NCBI GenBank assembly: GCA_000182565.2
Contig: KQ257456.1
DNA: 64,000 nucleotides
Source: Spizellomyces punctatus DAOM BR117
Taxonomy: Eukaryota
Reading direction: 5' to 3' (one strand)
Below the pieces are notes generated by a model. That model ran no database searches, was not told the origin of the DNA, and saw nothing but the letters and a program-made list of their open reading frames with translations. Shown in pieces: positions 11,078 through 20,806 of this stretch (position 1 is its first letter; every line of letters starts with the position of its first letter). A program made the translations under genes and the position numbers.

Positions 11078-12928
11078 ATGGGATGTCCTACATGTAACGG
11101 CACCGACCATCATCGGGCTTCCAGCAAACTTTGCTCCTTCTACAAACCTCGAAAGAAAAACGAAGTACGCACAACTTTGAAAAGGAAGAGGGATACCGAC
11201 CTTCCCAATGACGAAATCTTCATTCTTTCGACTGTTGTAAAAAGTGGACAACGGTCCCCTTTGCAAGTTGTTATCGCACATGCTGCGAGAACCTTGACTT
11301 GTATCGCTGCTGAAGCCACGCGGTTGTTCAACATGTTCGTCCTGGACCTTTTGGAGAGGAAGCAACAAATCCCCGAGTGTAGTTACAACAAATTTCTGCA
11401 CCAACCATTCCAGATTATTGCTTTGGCAAAAGCATCTTCCCCCCAACTGCAAACGATTCATCGCACCTTGTACCGTCAAACATCTCGATACGATGTTACC
11501 TACCTCAGCCAGCTGATCTCAAACATGGCCAAAGATTACGAGACCAACTGCATGAACCATGTATCAACAAACATTCGCAAATGGGCTTTCAAGTGGTATC
11601 GAATGAAGATGCAGAAGACGTACCCAGATCTCAAGCGAGATAAAATCCGAATTCTGTTCAACAAGGAAGATGACTTGAACGAGCATTCTCTTTACTTAAA
11701 GGCATGCTTGATGACATATGACGTTGACATCACCAAAGAGGTGTCATTTGACCATTGGTGGACATACTTTCCTTTGATGTGGAAGTTTCAAAGGTATTTT
11801 GCCAAGCACGGAGAGAGGAATTTCTCCATGGTCCCAATTACCACTTACGGGATTCGCCACATCCGTCTCGATACCAATGCACTTTACAAACTGTGCCTGA
11901 GAGTGGATCTATTCACCAGGAAGGATGTACCCGCAGCTGAATTCCGGACAAACGCTCTCGTTTATTGGAAAACCCTGTTCCCCGATATTGCCGAGACGAG
12001 CAACAAGTCATTTGCATACGGCGTCTCGACCGACGGAGTCGCTTGCAGTTACTATTACCAGAAACGTTACGTTCGGCGGCGACAGAGTCACAATTACTAT
12101 GGCTTCGACGATGACGGAAAATATGGAGCAATGAATTTGGAAGACGGCGTATCCATCGTCGGTGTGGATCCCGGTAGGATTGACATCTTTACAGCTGTTG
12201 ATGGGAACGAAAATGTTGTGAGGATGTCCAGAAAGGAATTTTACTCACTCACGGGCATGGTGGCAAGTCAGAAGACTAGAAACCGATGGTTAAAGAACAA
12301 CCCAGCAGTCCAGTCGATCGTAACGCAATGTCCCACACCACGCACTCCAGATATTGAGAACTTTCGACAACACTGTCAATATGTGCAGCAGCATCTGTTA
12401 ACCTTGGTCGACTTTTACGGAGCGCGGCGGTTCACCCGTCAAAAGTTGCACACTTACATTGGCAAGCAGAAAGTCTGGGCTACGATCGTAAGAAGAATTA
12501 CCAAGAATGACAGACGCACGGTTGTGGCGCTGGGCGATGCAAAGTTCAGACACAACTCCAAAGGCGGACCTTCGACACCCCTCGCTAGGATGGCCAAAGA
12601 GTTAAAAAGGAGACACCGGGTTCGAATGATTGACGAATTCAGAACGTCCATAACGTGTTCACATTGCGATGGTGAATTGCCGAAAAGCACTCGACACTGG
12701 CAGGTCAAGGTACGTTGGGCCGTCATGAATTCGGTTTCACAAAAGTGAAGTTGAATTTGTGTGTTTTGCCAGGTCTGCAACGACTTATGTTTGACTCACT
12801 GGAATCGAGACGTTAATGCGGCAAGGAACATTCGAAATATTTTTCTCCACATGAACGAGAACAACGGAGAACGCCCTTGCTGCTTTGCACGTACTGTACC
12901 CCAGTTCAACCCAGGCTGGAACCTGTAG
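11078..12928 (+). CDS. Fanzor1 (eukaryotic TnpB-like RuvC RNA-guided endonuclease), ~595 aa; exons 11078-12709 and 12773-12928 (alternative ATG at 11042)
   Basis: RuvC-I SIVGVDPGRIDIF (D codon 12167), VVALGD, rearranged catalytic Glu in MIDEFRTS (12635), Zn finger CSHC...VCNDLC and RuvC-III WNRDVNAARNI (D codon 12809). Also FSMVP and GVSTDGVAC motifs, an N-terminal CxxC..H..C knuckle and basic NLS-like KPRKK/LKRKRD. Phase-0 intron GTACGT...TTTTGCCAG at 12710-12772. Confidence 0.93.
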
Positions 12929-12994
12929 CGAGTTAGGATAGGGGTGGGACTCGTTTGCAGGATAGGTTATGAAGGGTTGGACAGGCTGGCTAAT

Positions 12995-13089
12995 TGTAAA
13001 TTAGAACCGGCTGTAGTGGGTTGGAGGGAGAATCTGTCCCTAGTGACATTTTCTACCACCTGCACACTATTGCGACCAAGTATTCTGCC
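12995..13089 (+). ncRNA. Putative Fanzor omegaRNA: scaffold to about 13069 plus flank-derived guide (~TTGCGACCAAGTATTCTGCC)
   Basis: Lies between the Fanzor stop codon and the right end, the known omegaRNA position. Visible stems are AACC/GGTT (13005-13022), GGGA/TCCC (13026-13040) and TAGTG/CACTA (13041-13069). The 5' boundary is a guess. Confidence 0.7.
13043..13067 (-). repeat. Right terminal inverted repeat of the Fanzor element
   Basis: GTGACATTTTCTACCACCTGCACAC followed by TA; inverse of 10780-10804. Confidence 0.75.
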
Positions 13090-13437
13090 AGCAAGTGTGT
13101 TTATTTGCTGACGTGAGCCTTTTGTTTATAACAAAAATGGCGGTCCCCCCTTTGCGTTTCAAATGTGGTGGGCGCCAATGCCGTTGTACCCCCGTGTTTC
13201 AGGTCAAAGTTGTTGAGTATCTCAACATGCCCCTTGCCCACTTTGCGTGCATAGGGCTCGTGTATGCTTGAACAAAGAGCGTGAGAAAAAGGCAGCGGGG
13301 TGCTCGTTCCACCGCCCTTCCCGTCACCTTTGCACGTTCGCAGCCCGGACATTTGAGTTTCCGGGGAATTGGCGAAAGCAGTTATCCTAACAATCGGGCG
13401 GAACTCAAGAAACCTGCCCTTGTCATCCAGTTGGGCA

Positions 13438-16047
13438 ATGGCCGCAACTGTCCATACCCGCTTAACCGATCACGATCACGACTTGTATTCTCGAACTAAC
13501 CGCAGCACTGGACCTTCAATGTACGATGCTGAAGCGTATGCCTTGCAAGAAGACACAACACCCATCATGACGGAGGACGAAATGATGCAAGTGGAAAGAG
13601 AACTGCTAACTGCATGGCAAAGTAGGACTCCTGCAAAGCCTTCGGATGCACAGCTGGCGTCTCCTGCTGTTACGAACGGGGGCGAAGCGTCCCCTCGTAT
13701 CGCGGACACGGCAAGGTCACTCGAGATCGAACGAAAGAAAAGCCTGTACGCAAGCGAATTTGCCGAGTCGGTCCAAAACATGAAGAACCTTGCCGAAAAG
13801 CAGCGAAGATTAGAAGAATTACAATTGTCCCTAGACGACTCGTATGAAATTCGGAAAGATATGCAGGTGGAAGACGAAGTTGAACGTGTCTGGATGTCTC
13901 CCACCTTCGGATCTGGAGGACAAAATGACAATCTGCCAAAAGATGAAAATGAGAATGGGAGTGCGGCAGCCAATCATGGCGAGACAGCCTCATCCTCTCG
14001 GAGTGTACCAGCGTATGTGGCCACGTCACAAGAAATGGATGGAGCAGAGACCTCGAGTCTACTTATCGATACAAAGGGCCATTTACAGCAGCTGGAGAAA
14101 GAACTGGAATTGCTGAGAGTTACTACTCTTTCTCGGCCAGCGACTTCCGAGTCTAGTTCCCCAGCTCTGTCTGTAGCTGCAGAAATGTCAGAGACAAGAG
14201 AATCCCCTGTTGCGGTGGACGAGGATGGAAATGAATGCATGGAGACGCAGGACGCCTGGGGCAAGGCGGATGGCAATGCAAAGCAAGATGTTGATGCAAA
14301 GTCTGCGCAACGGGTTTCGTTAACCGTTCGCACCTCTCGGTCCAGCTCATCTCTACAGTGGCACTCTTCCAAGCACTCATACATTTACGAACCAGTCAAG
14401 AACACAAAAGCAGATGTCGCGGATCTACTGGTACAGATACAAGAAGAGTATGAAGAACTTACATCCGAACCTTTTCCTTCACCAAAAGCCGATGTATCGC
14501 TCGCAACATCTTTTGACAATTGGAATAAGGATGCCAAGCCTGCCGATAGTGTGCCAGTGACGGTGAAAAAATTTCACTTACCCATGGGTCGGCCCAAGTA
14601 TATGCAGTCCCTACTGATGCAAGTTGACGATCCCAAAGTCAAGGAACGACTTCGCGAGATGCATAAAATACGGCAGTCGAACGCAGCCGCAGGATTGGCT
14701 GTTTTGGTGCCGTATTCTGTTGGACCAAGGCAGACGGGTGAATTTGGTAGTTTAGGGGAAGTCGTCGAGGTGAATGAGGATGGGGATGATACTGCATCTC
14801 AGCTGACAGAGGACGACCCAAGTTCCCCTGTTGTTGAGCAAAAGTCTTCCTTGCAGCCACCACCACGGCGAATTATTCCACCAACAGCAACCGATGGTCA
14901 CTTGGGAACATCGACCTCATCTAGAGGCACGGAAGAAATTGCTGGACGTGCTAGCGTAGCCCCAGCACTGCCCTCCTATCTAACATCATCACCGGCAAGT
15001 CAGGGCAGCCCTATTCCTGTCCCGCCGGTGAGACGATCCAGCATTTGTTACTCATCCCTTTCGATCCCTTCCGCACCGCAATGGGCGCCGATTCAACTCG
15101 CACCGACCGCAAACAATGACTCAAAACGCCTCACACCCCTCACCCTCCACATTCCCCCACCGCCACGCACCTTCCCACCCCAGTATCTCCATCCCCGCCT
15201 TTCCCGTATGGGTGTTATGGACTTGTCACCGAGGCCCGCAGGACGGCCATCGACACTTGGTAGAACGTGGGGAGATCCGACCAACGTGACGTCGTTTGTT
15301 ACACCAGTACATTCCGCTCCGGAAAGATTGAAGACTGCTCCAAGTTCCATTACAGGACCTCAGTTGGTCAGCACATCTGCGAGAATCAAGACCGTACCCA
15401 TCAACAATGTTCTCAGGGAGCTGCAATTGAAGGGGAAAACCCAGTATGCAGAATCTTACATAAATGACAACGTCTCGCTCGGCAGTAACACTTACGGAAC
15501 GGCGCAAAGGGCGCAAACAGTGACTGGGGTATTCCGAGGACAAGGCTCACGAAAACGATCGGACGTTTTTTCGGTGTTTGAGGAGCAGGATCCTCTTGAG
15601 AGGAATTACACATCACCGGCCCCCATACCTGGTGTGTCCATGAACACCCGCACTGCAACCGTCTATCCGAGTCCTCCGGGCACTCCCTCTTTCCAACGAG
15701 AACGTAGCGCATCGTCGCCTCAGCTACCCAATGCTTCCGGGTCACATTTCACCAAATATGTCCGTAAAGTCGGTAAAGCCCTCAAAACGGCCATCGATCC
15801 TTACACCCCTCCTCCTCAAACCACACCTCCAGTATCTGGTTATGCAACAGCCGACCGCACGCTCCGCCACTCCAAATCCATGAGCTCGTTGCTACCAGAT
15901 CAAAGTGCAGTGACCTTCTCCCAAGCTGCTGCAAATACGGGTGATATTTCTCCGACGACATTGCAAAATAAGCGATCCGCTGAGATGGAAAAGTTTAGAC
16001 AAATGTTGATTGAAACCTATTCAGGTCCGAGTGGACCAGCGGCATGA
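13438..16047 (+). CDS. Hypothetical S/P/T-rich, largely disordered protein with short coiled coils; intronless, ~870 aa
   Basis: 2.6-kb uninterrupted ORF, first ATG at 13438; no family recognised. Confidence 0.75.
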   Translation: MAATVHTRLTDHDHDLYSRTNRSTGPSMYDAEAYALQEDTTPIMTEDEMMQVERELLTAWQSRTPAKPSDAQLASPAVTNGGEASPRIADTARSLEIERKKSLYASEFAESVQNMKNLAEKQRRLEELQLSLDDSYEIRKDMQVEDEVERVWMSPTFGSGGQNDNLPKDENENGSAAANHGETASSSRSVPAYVATSQEMDGAETSSLLIDTKGHLQQLEKELELLRVTTLSRPATSESSSPALSVAAEMSETRESPVAVDEDGNECMETQDAWGKADGNAKQDVDAKSAQRVSLTVRTSRSSSSLQWHSSKHSYIYEPVKNTKADVADLLVQIQEEYEELTSEPFPSPKADVSLATSFDNWNKDAKPADSVPVTVKKFHLPMGRPKYMQSLLMQVDDPKVKERLREMHKIRQSNAAAGLAVLVPYSVGPRQTGEFGSLGEVVEVNEDGDDTASQLTEDDPSSPVVEQKSSLQPPPRRIIPPTATDGHLGTSTSSRGTEEIAGRASVAPALPSYLTSSPASQGSPIPVPPVRRSSICYSSLSIPSAPQWAPIQLAPTANNDSKRLTPLTLHIPPPPRTFPPQYLHPRLSRMGVMDLSPRPAGRPSTLGRTWGDPTNVTSFVTPVHSAPERLKTAPSSITGPQLVSTSARIKTVPINNVLRELQLKGKTQYAESYINDNVSLGSNTYGTAQRAQTVTGVFRGQGSRKRSDVFSVFEEQDPLERNYTSPAPIPGVSMNTRTATVYPSPPGTPSFQRERSASSPQLPNASGSHFTKYVRKVGKALKTAIDPYTPPPQTTPPVSGYATADRTLRHSKSMSSLLPDQSAVTFSQAAANTGDISPTTLQNKRSAEMEKFRQMLIETYSGPSGPAA

Positions 16048-16412
16048 AGGTCTATGCCAATGCAAGGTAGTGTACATAGAGATAGATTAGTTCTAGATAT
16101 GGGATTCGTTGGCTTTTGTTTTTCTTTCACGCGCAATCTGTGAAGGGGAAGGGAAGGTTCCATGCATTGGACTTTTTGTTTTTTTTTTGTGTATTTTGTG
16201 GATAATTTTTGTATGCTCCGTTTGAATTTCTATTTCCTTGACTTTCGATATCTGTGCACATCTCGAAATCGGAGATTTGTTATGATGAGATAATCAGTCG
16301 TTGGAATTATATAAGCATAGCGATCTGTGGAATACGACGAGATTCCTCTATTAAACCTCACACTTACTAAAGCAAAGCTAATAGAAGTGCGATAGGGAAG
16401 CTCTAATCCTCA

Positions 16413-17843
16413 ATGACGGAACTCCAAAAGATTTCCTCCCCGACGACGGATTATGCCGTTGACATTGAGCGTCGGGGATTAACCTCCGTGGCCCCAGACG
16501 ACGACGAAATCGCACCTTTTGATGATTTGAATGATGCACCCGGCAAGTTCAGCTGGAATCCTCTGGAGTGGATTAAAGAATTCCAACAGGACTGGAGGGA
16601 ATTCTCATGGGCAATGACAGAGAAGAGGCGGGTGGTAAGTAAACCCAGAAATTAGTCGGTATTTTGCCACCTTCGACTGGAATGTAAAACTTTTTTGTTG
16701 CCGACCCCAGCTTCTCCGTGCAGTCTTTGGTGAAGGCCTCTGCACATTTCTCTTCCTTTTCATTGTTGAAGCCGTGGCAGTGAACAATGGCCGACAAGAA
16801 CAACCTGAAAATCTAACGCTCGGAGCTGTCGCAACCGCTTTTTGCAGTATTGCTTTGATTTACTCTTTTGCGGATGTGTCTGGTGCCCATTTCAACCCTG
16901 CTGTAACATTTGCGACTATGGTGACTGGAAAGGTTTCATTGCGGAAAGGTTAGTGGGGAAACCCCAAGTTAAGCCTAGAGTGATCACTGTGATAGACCAA
17001 AACCGTATTCCTCTTTATGTTTAAACTCTGTTCTTTTTTCTCATTTAGGTCTTGCGTTTATTTCAATCCAGCTGTTCGCGTCCATCTTTTCGGTTGTGGC
17101 ACTTCTTATTGTCTTCCCGGGCCCTCACCCTGGATATAGCAGCATCCCGGCCTCTGTTGTGGTCGACATTGACTCGAGCGCGCATTTGGCTCAAGCGTTT
17201 TTCATGGAAGTGATCTTGACGTTTATCCTCGTTTACGTGATTTTTGCAACGGCTTTTGATACTGGTCTGGTCATGTTATTCCATCTTTTTTGACCGTTTT
17301 GACTGGCTAGCTAATGAAGCTACTGCACTCTCTTTTCGTTTATTTAGTTGATACATCGAACGAAGTCAAGGTCAAGGCAAAGGGCGCAGGGGGATCCGCA
17401 GCCGCACAAGCAGATGACAAGTCGGTTGGGCGCTACTTGACCATTTACACCACTTCTGGTACCACCAAAGCTGGGTTTGCTCCGTTTGCCATCGGCTTTA
17501 CACTTGGATTCCTCGTAAGTCGCTCCGTATCTCAACATCTGCTCAAAGCACCGACTTTGTACTCATTCATGTGTCATAGGGCCTCATTGGCGGTTCCGTG
17601 TCCGGAGGTGCCTTCAACCCCGCCCGTGCATTTGGTCCCGCCCTTCTGTCTGGACACTGGAATAATCATTGGGTGTACTGGTTGGGCGATTTTATTGGGG
17701 CTGCGCTGGCTGGTTGGGCCCAGCACTTTTTCGCACACGAGGCTGTCCAGCATTCTGGTGCAAGTGCCAAGACAAAAAAGGGAGCGGAGAATGAGAGGGT
17801 TGAGGAGGCACAAAAGGCGGCAAGGGCTGGTGATCTCTCTTGA
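16413..17843 (+). CDS. Aquaporin (MIP family); 5 exons
   Basis: Two NPA boxes, [11 protein letters not shown] and [13 protein letters not shown]; also [17 protein letters not shown] and [19 protein letters not shown] introns. Confidence 0.95.
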
Positions 17844-18086
17844 TAATGATCGCTGTTTGTCTAATGTGTTTTGGATAACAAACATTTGGTATCTTGTTAA
17901 TGAGTATTTCAATGTGTCCTTTGCGACGTCTTGAACAATTGTGCTTCCTGGGTCTAAAATTTCACATGGAAGGAAGACTGCTGTGGAGCCACAGTCTGAA
18001 GCTTATCTTTCTAATCTATCCACGCTGGCTGGCATCTGTTTAGCTATGAACAGTCTAGCCAAACGAAACTACTCTACGTTTGATGG

Positions 18087-20355
18087 CTAACTAATAGTCC
18101 AAAGCTTTCTCTGCTTTTCCTCCTCTACACGTTCCTCAGCATCGTCAAAAACTCTTTTCTTGTACCGTTTCCAAGCGTACCCTACCTTCCACGCATCTGC
18201 TAGCGCTTCTGGACTCAAGGTAGCTTGCCATTCCTTTTCATCCTTTCCAATCATTTCCGCCATTTCAGTGGTACACAGTCGTGCAAAGTCCGGTCGGGAG
18301 AGGAGAAGAACACGCGTTGGGCGAGATGTTATGAGAGAGAACGAAGACCGTGGTGACGCTGTTGGCGGTAGGAAGCGTAGATGAGGGCCAGTACAGTGAC
18401 TGAGAATAGCTGAGGTTGCACCGATACAGGCGCCGGTGGTAAGAGTTGTTGCACTTAGTAAAAGAGTAGTGAACTTTGAAGATGGTCCTGTACTGACAAG
18501 ATTCTTTGATGAAGGGAGAGCAGGAAGTGGAACTGGAGGGTTGTGTTGGTCATGTCCCATTTCCTTGGCCTTTGACGTCTCCGTTGAGCTAGAGGCAATG
18601 GGAGGAAGAATCAGGTACCCGGACGTGCCTCTCTCTACCGCCATTCCGCGCGAATGCATCCGACTACCCGCCGTCGAATGTACTATGAGACTGTGAGCGG
18701 TCTTCTGCCTAATTGGCGGAGGCGGGGGAATGTAAGGTCGTATTCGAATCCGTCCATGTATATCAGACATTCTATTGAATTTGACAGCTTTTACCACCCG
18801 GCATGCGCCTTCTCTGTAAAGGAATTCTCTCAGCAACAGGTTTGCATCTTCAATAAACGGCATACACTCTTCCTACCTAATAATAAATAAAAAGCCTGGT
18901 ACTTCACCTTCGGCAACAATAACCTCGTTGCTAGCAAGCGATCTCGTCCGACTCACCACCGCTAAATGCCTGATAGCACTTGGAGCCAAACATGCAAACA
19001 GCGGTATACTACCAATGAGCGCGATTTTGGCGTCAACATCCGCTTGTGTTTCATGCTGAAGAATCTCATTAAAATCGGACTTTGCTACTCGTAGGAAGGC
19101 TGTGGGTGTGGTGAGTGTAGTGACGGTCGCACTTCGTCGATGATTGCGGAGAAGAGAAGTTTCACCAAAACTGTCGCCTCTGATAGATGTCGTTGTGGTG
19201 AGGACGAACTCTTGCTTATAACATGCGTCTGATCGGAAAACCGGGCTTACCCTTTCAGCACACTGATGACAATGACCCGATCTTCTACTTTCTTTGTTAC
19301 CTCCACCTCTCCAGAAAGTATATGATAGAAATTCTGCGCCTCATGACCCTAAGTGAGGCAAAAGGAAGGGATAAACGTCCTTGACCATTTGGAACGACCA
19401 GCAGTCAGACAAGCAGAGCCTTACCTGCCTCACTACTACTCTCCCTGCCTCAAACACTTCATATGTAATCACTCTTGCCAGTGCTCTTCTTATGCCTTCA
19501 TCGTATTTGGCAAATACAGGCACAAGACTAGTAAGATGAAATAGATTATCGATATCTGAAGTCGTCAATGAGTCTGGGTCAGCGGTTTTAGCTAATGCTG
19601 CCAGGAGGGTCGGACTGAGGTGCAGATGCGCGTTATCTGGTCGTCTCCGGTAGGTGGACATCTTGAAACCAACTTTGGAAGCCATCTATGGTGAATTTCC
19701 TTTAGTGGCATGCTTTTAAAATGAAGTGTAATCCGCATCGTACCAGACTAGACTGCCCACTTTCCAAAGCCTTCCGGGCGCCAATCCCTTCAGCAAGCGG
19801 GGCTTTGCGAATCTGAAATGCTCGAAGTGCTCTTACAGAAGCACCGATTCTCTCTAGCGCCATTTTCCACCACTCCTTTGCCGATGGTCGAGTATCGTCA
19901 GTCGTAGAAATGGATTCATTTGAGCCATGTGTCGAAGATGCTTTGTTGGTGGATGTTCGGTTAGTCGATTTTCGATCAATGTGCCGAGTGAATGTTAATC
20001 CTGGACGGTACAGTATCGATTCTAGTGTGCTGTTATCCTTATCTGTGGAACGATATTGAGAGTGACGCTCCGTCCAGGTTGCACCATAACCGGCATTCAA
20101 TTTTCGTACTCCAACCGAGGCTCTGGGCCTTTTTCCTATGTCGCTACCAGCAAGAGAACTCCTGCGTGAGATTTTGCCATGCCTTGGGCGCCGTGTGAGA
20201 GATGCGTGGCTTCCCGTCGAGTTCGAGTATTCAGACGCAGTGTGTGAGGGTCGCCGTGGTTGACGAATCAGGAAATGCTCGGCGTGATTGGGTGACTTTA
20301 TTGAGTCACTACTTGTGTGAGCTTCGCGGTCTTCGTCCAGGTTGGTGTAAGTCAT
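18087..20355 (-). CDS. Soluble cyclic-nucleotide-binding domain protein (multiple CNB/Crp-like domains); multi-exon
   Basis: Spliced segments VPVFAKYDEGIRRALARVITYEVFEAGRVVVRQ, FYHILSGEVEV and SFGETSLLRNHRRSATVTT. A second, degenerate CNB ends RSSFSLITSRPTRVLLLSRPDFARL. Confidence 0.8.
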
Positions 20356-20806
20356 TTTGAATTTAGGTCACAAATGAATCTTTTCGGGAGACGGTGTAGC
20401 ATCAGGTAAAAGCTAAGATCTGACAATGGACACGCTTTAATTTCAGGGCAAAATTCTTTGGGATCAACAAGCCGCCATTAAGGATAACCAGAGATGGTCC
20501 GCGATCGGTGTTCCATGGGTGGTATCAAGTCACTACCAAAGTCGCAAAACCACTCGTTTACCCTATTCTCCTCTCGTACATTAGCCATATCGTCGCGAAC
20601 TCAGCCTTGCTGGACAGTCCATATTTGCTTTGGCGCGGAGTTGCTTATGTAATATCAAAATACCAGAGATATCATGACAAAACCGTGTTGCGGGAGCGCT
20701 TGGCTATAATGGTCCGCAAGTCCACGAGATCGAGCAGAGCCCTTCGCTGGCTTCAACTTACATCATAACTATAAACTGTGCATATATCCTTATTGTGTCT
20801 GATGAG

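Larger units (their letters stand above)
10780..13067 (+). mobile_element. Non-autonomous Fanzor1 element with imperfect TIRs and TA target-site duplication
   Basis: Left end TA|GTGTATTGGCAAGAACTAATGTCAC versus reverse complement of right end TA|GTGTGCAGGTGGTAGAAAATGTCAC: 15/25 identical, with the outer 4 and inner 8 nt exact. TA at 10778-10779 and 13068-13069. The only long ORF inside is Fanzor; no transposase. Confidence 0.8.

Noticed and set aside
11036-12748. Fanzor as a truncated 570-aa pseudogene (as the ORF track suggests)
   Set aside because: A canonical GT-AG intron removes the stop and restores the Zn finger and RuvC-III in frame. The GTG start at 11036 is not a likely eukaryotic start.
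10780-13067. Bacterial IS200/IS605/IS607 contamination
   Set aside because: It has a spliceosomal intron, NLS-like motifs and TIR/TA ends, lacks tnpA, and is embedded between intact eukaryotic genes.
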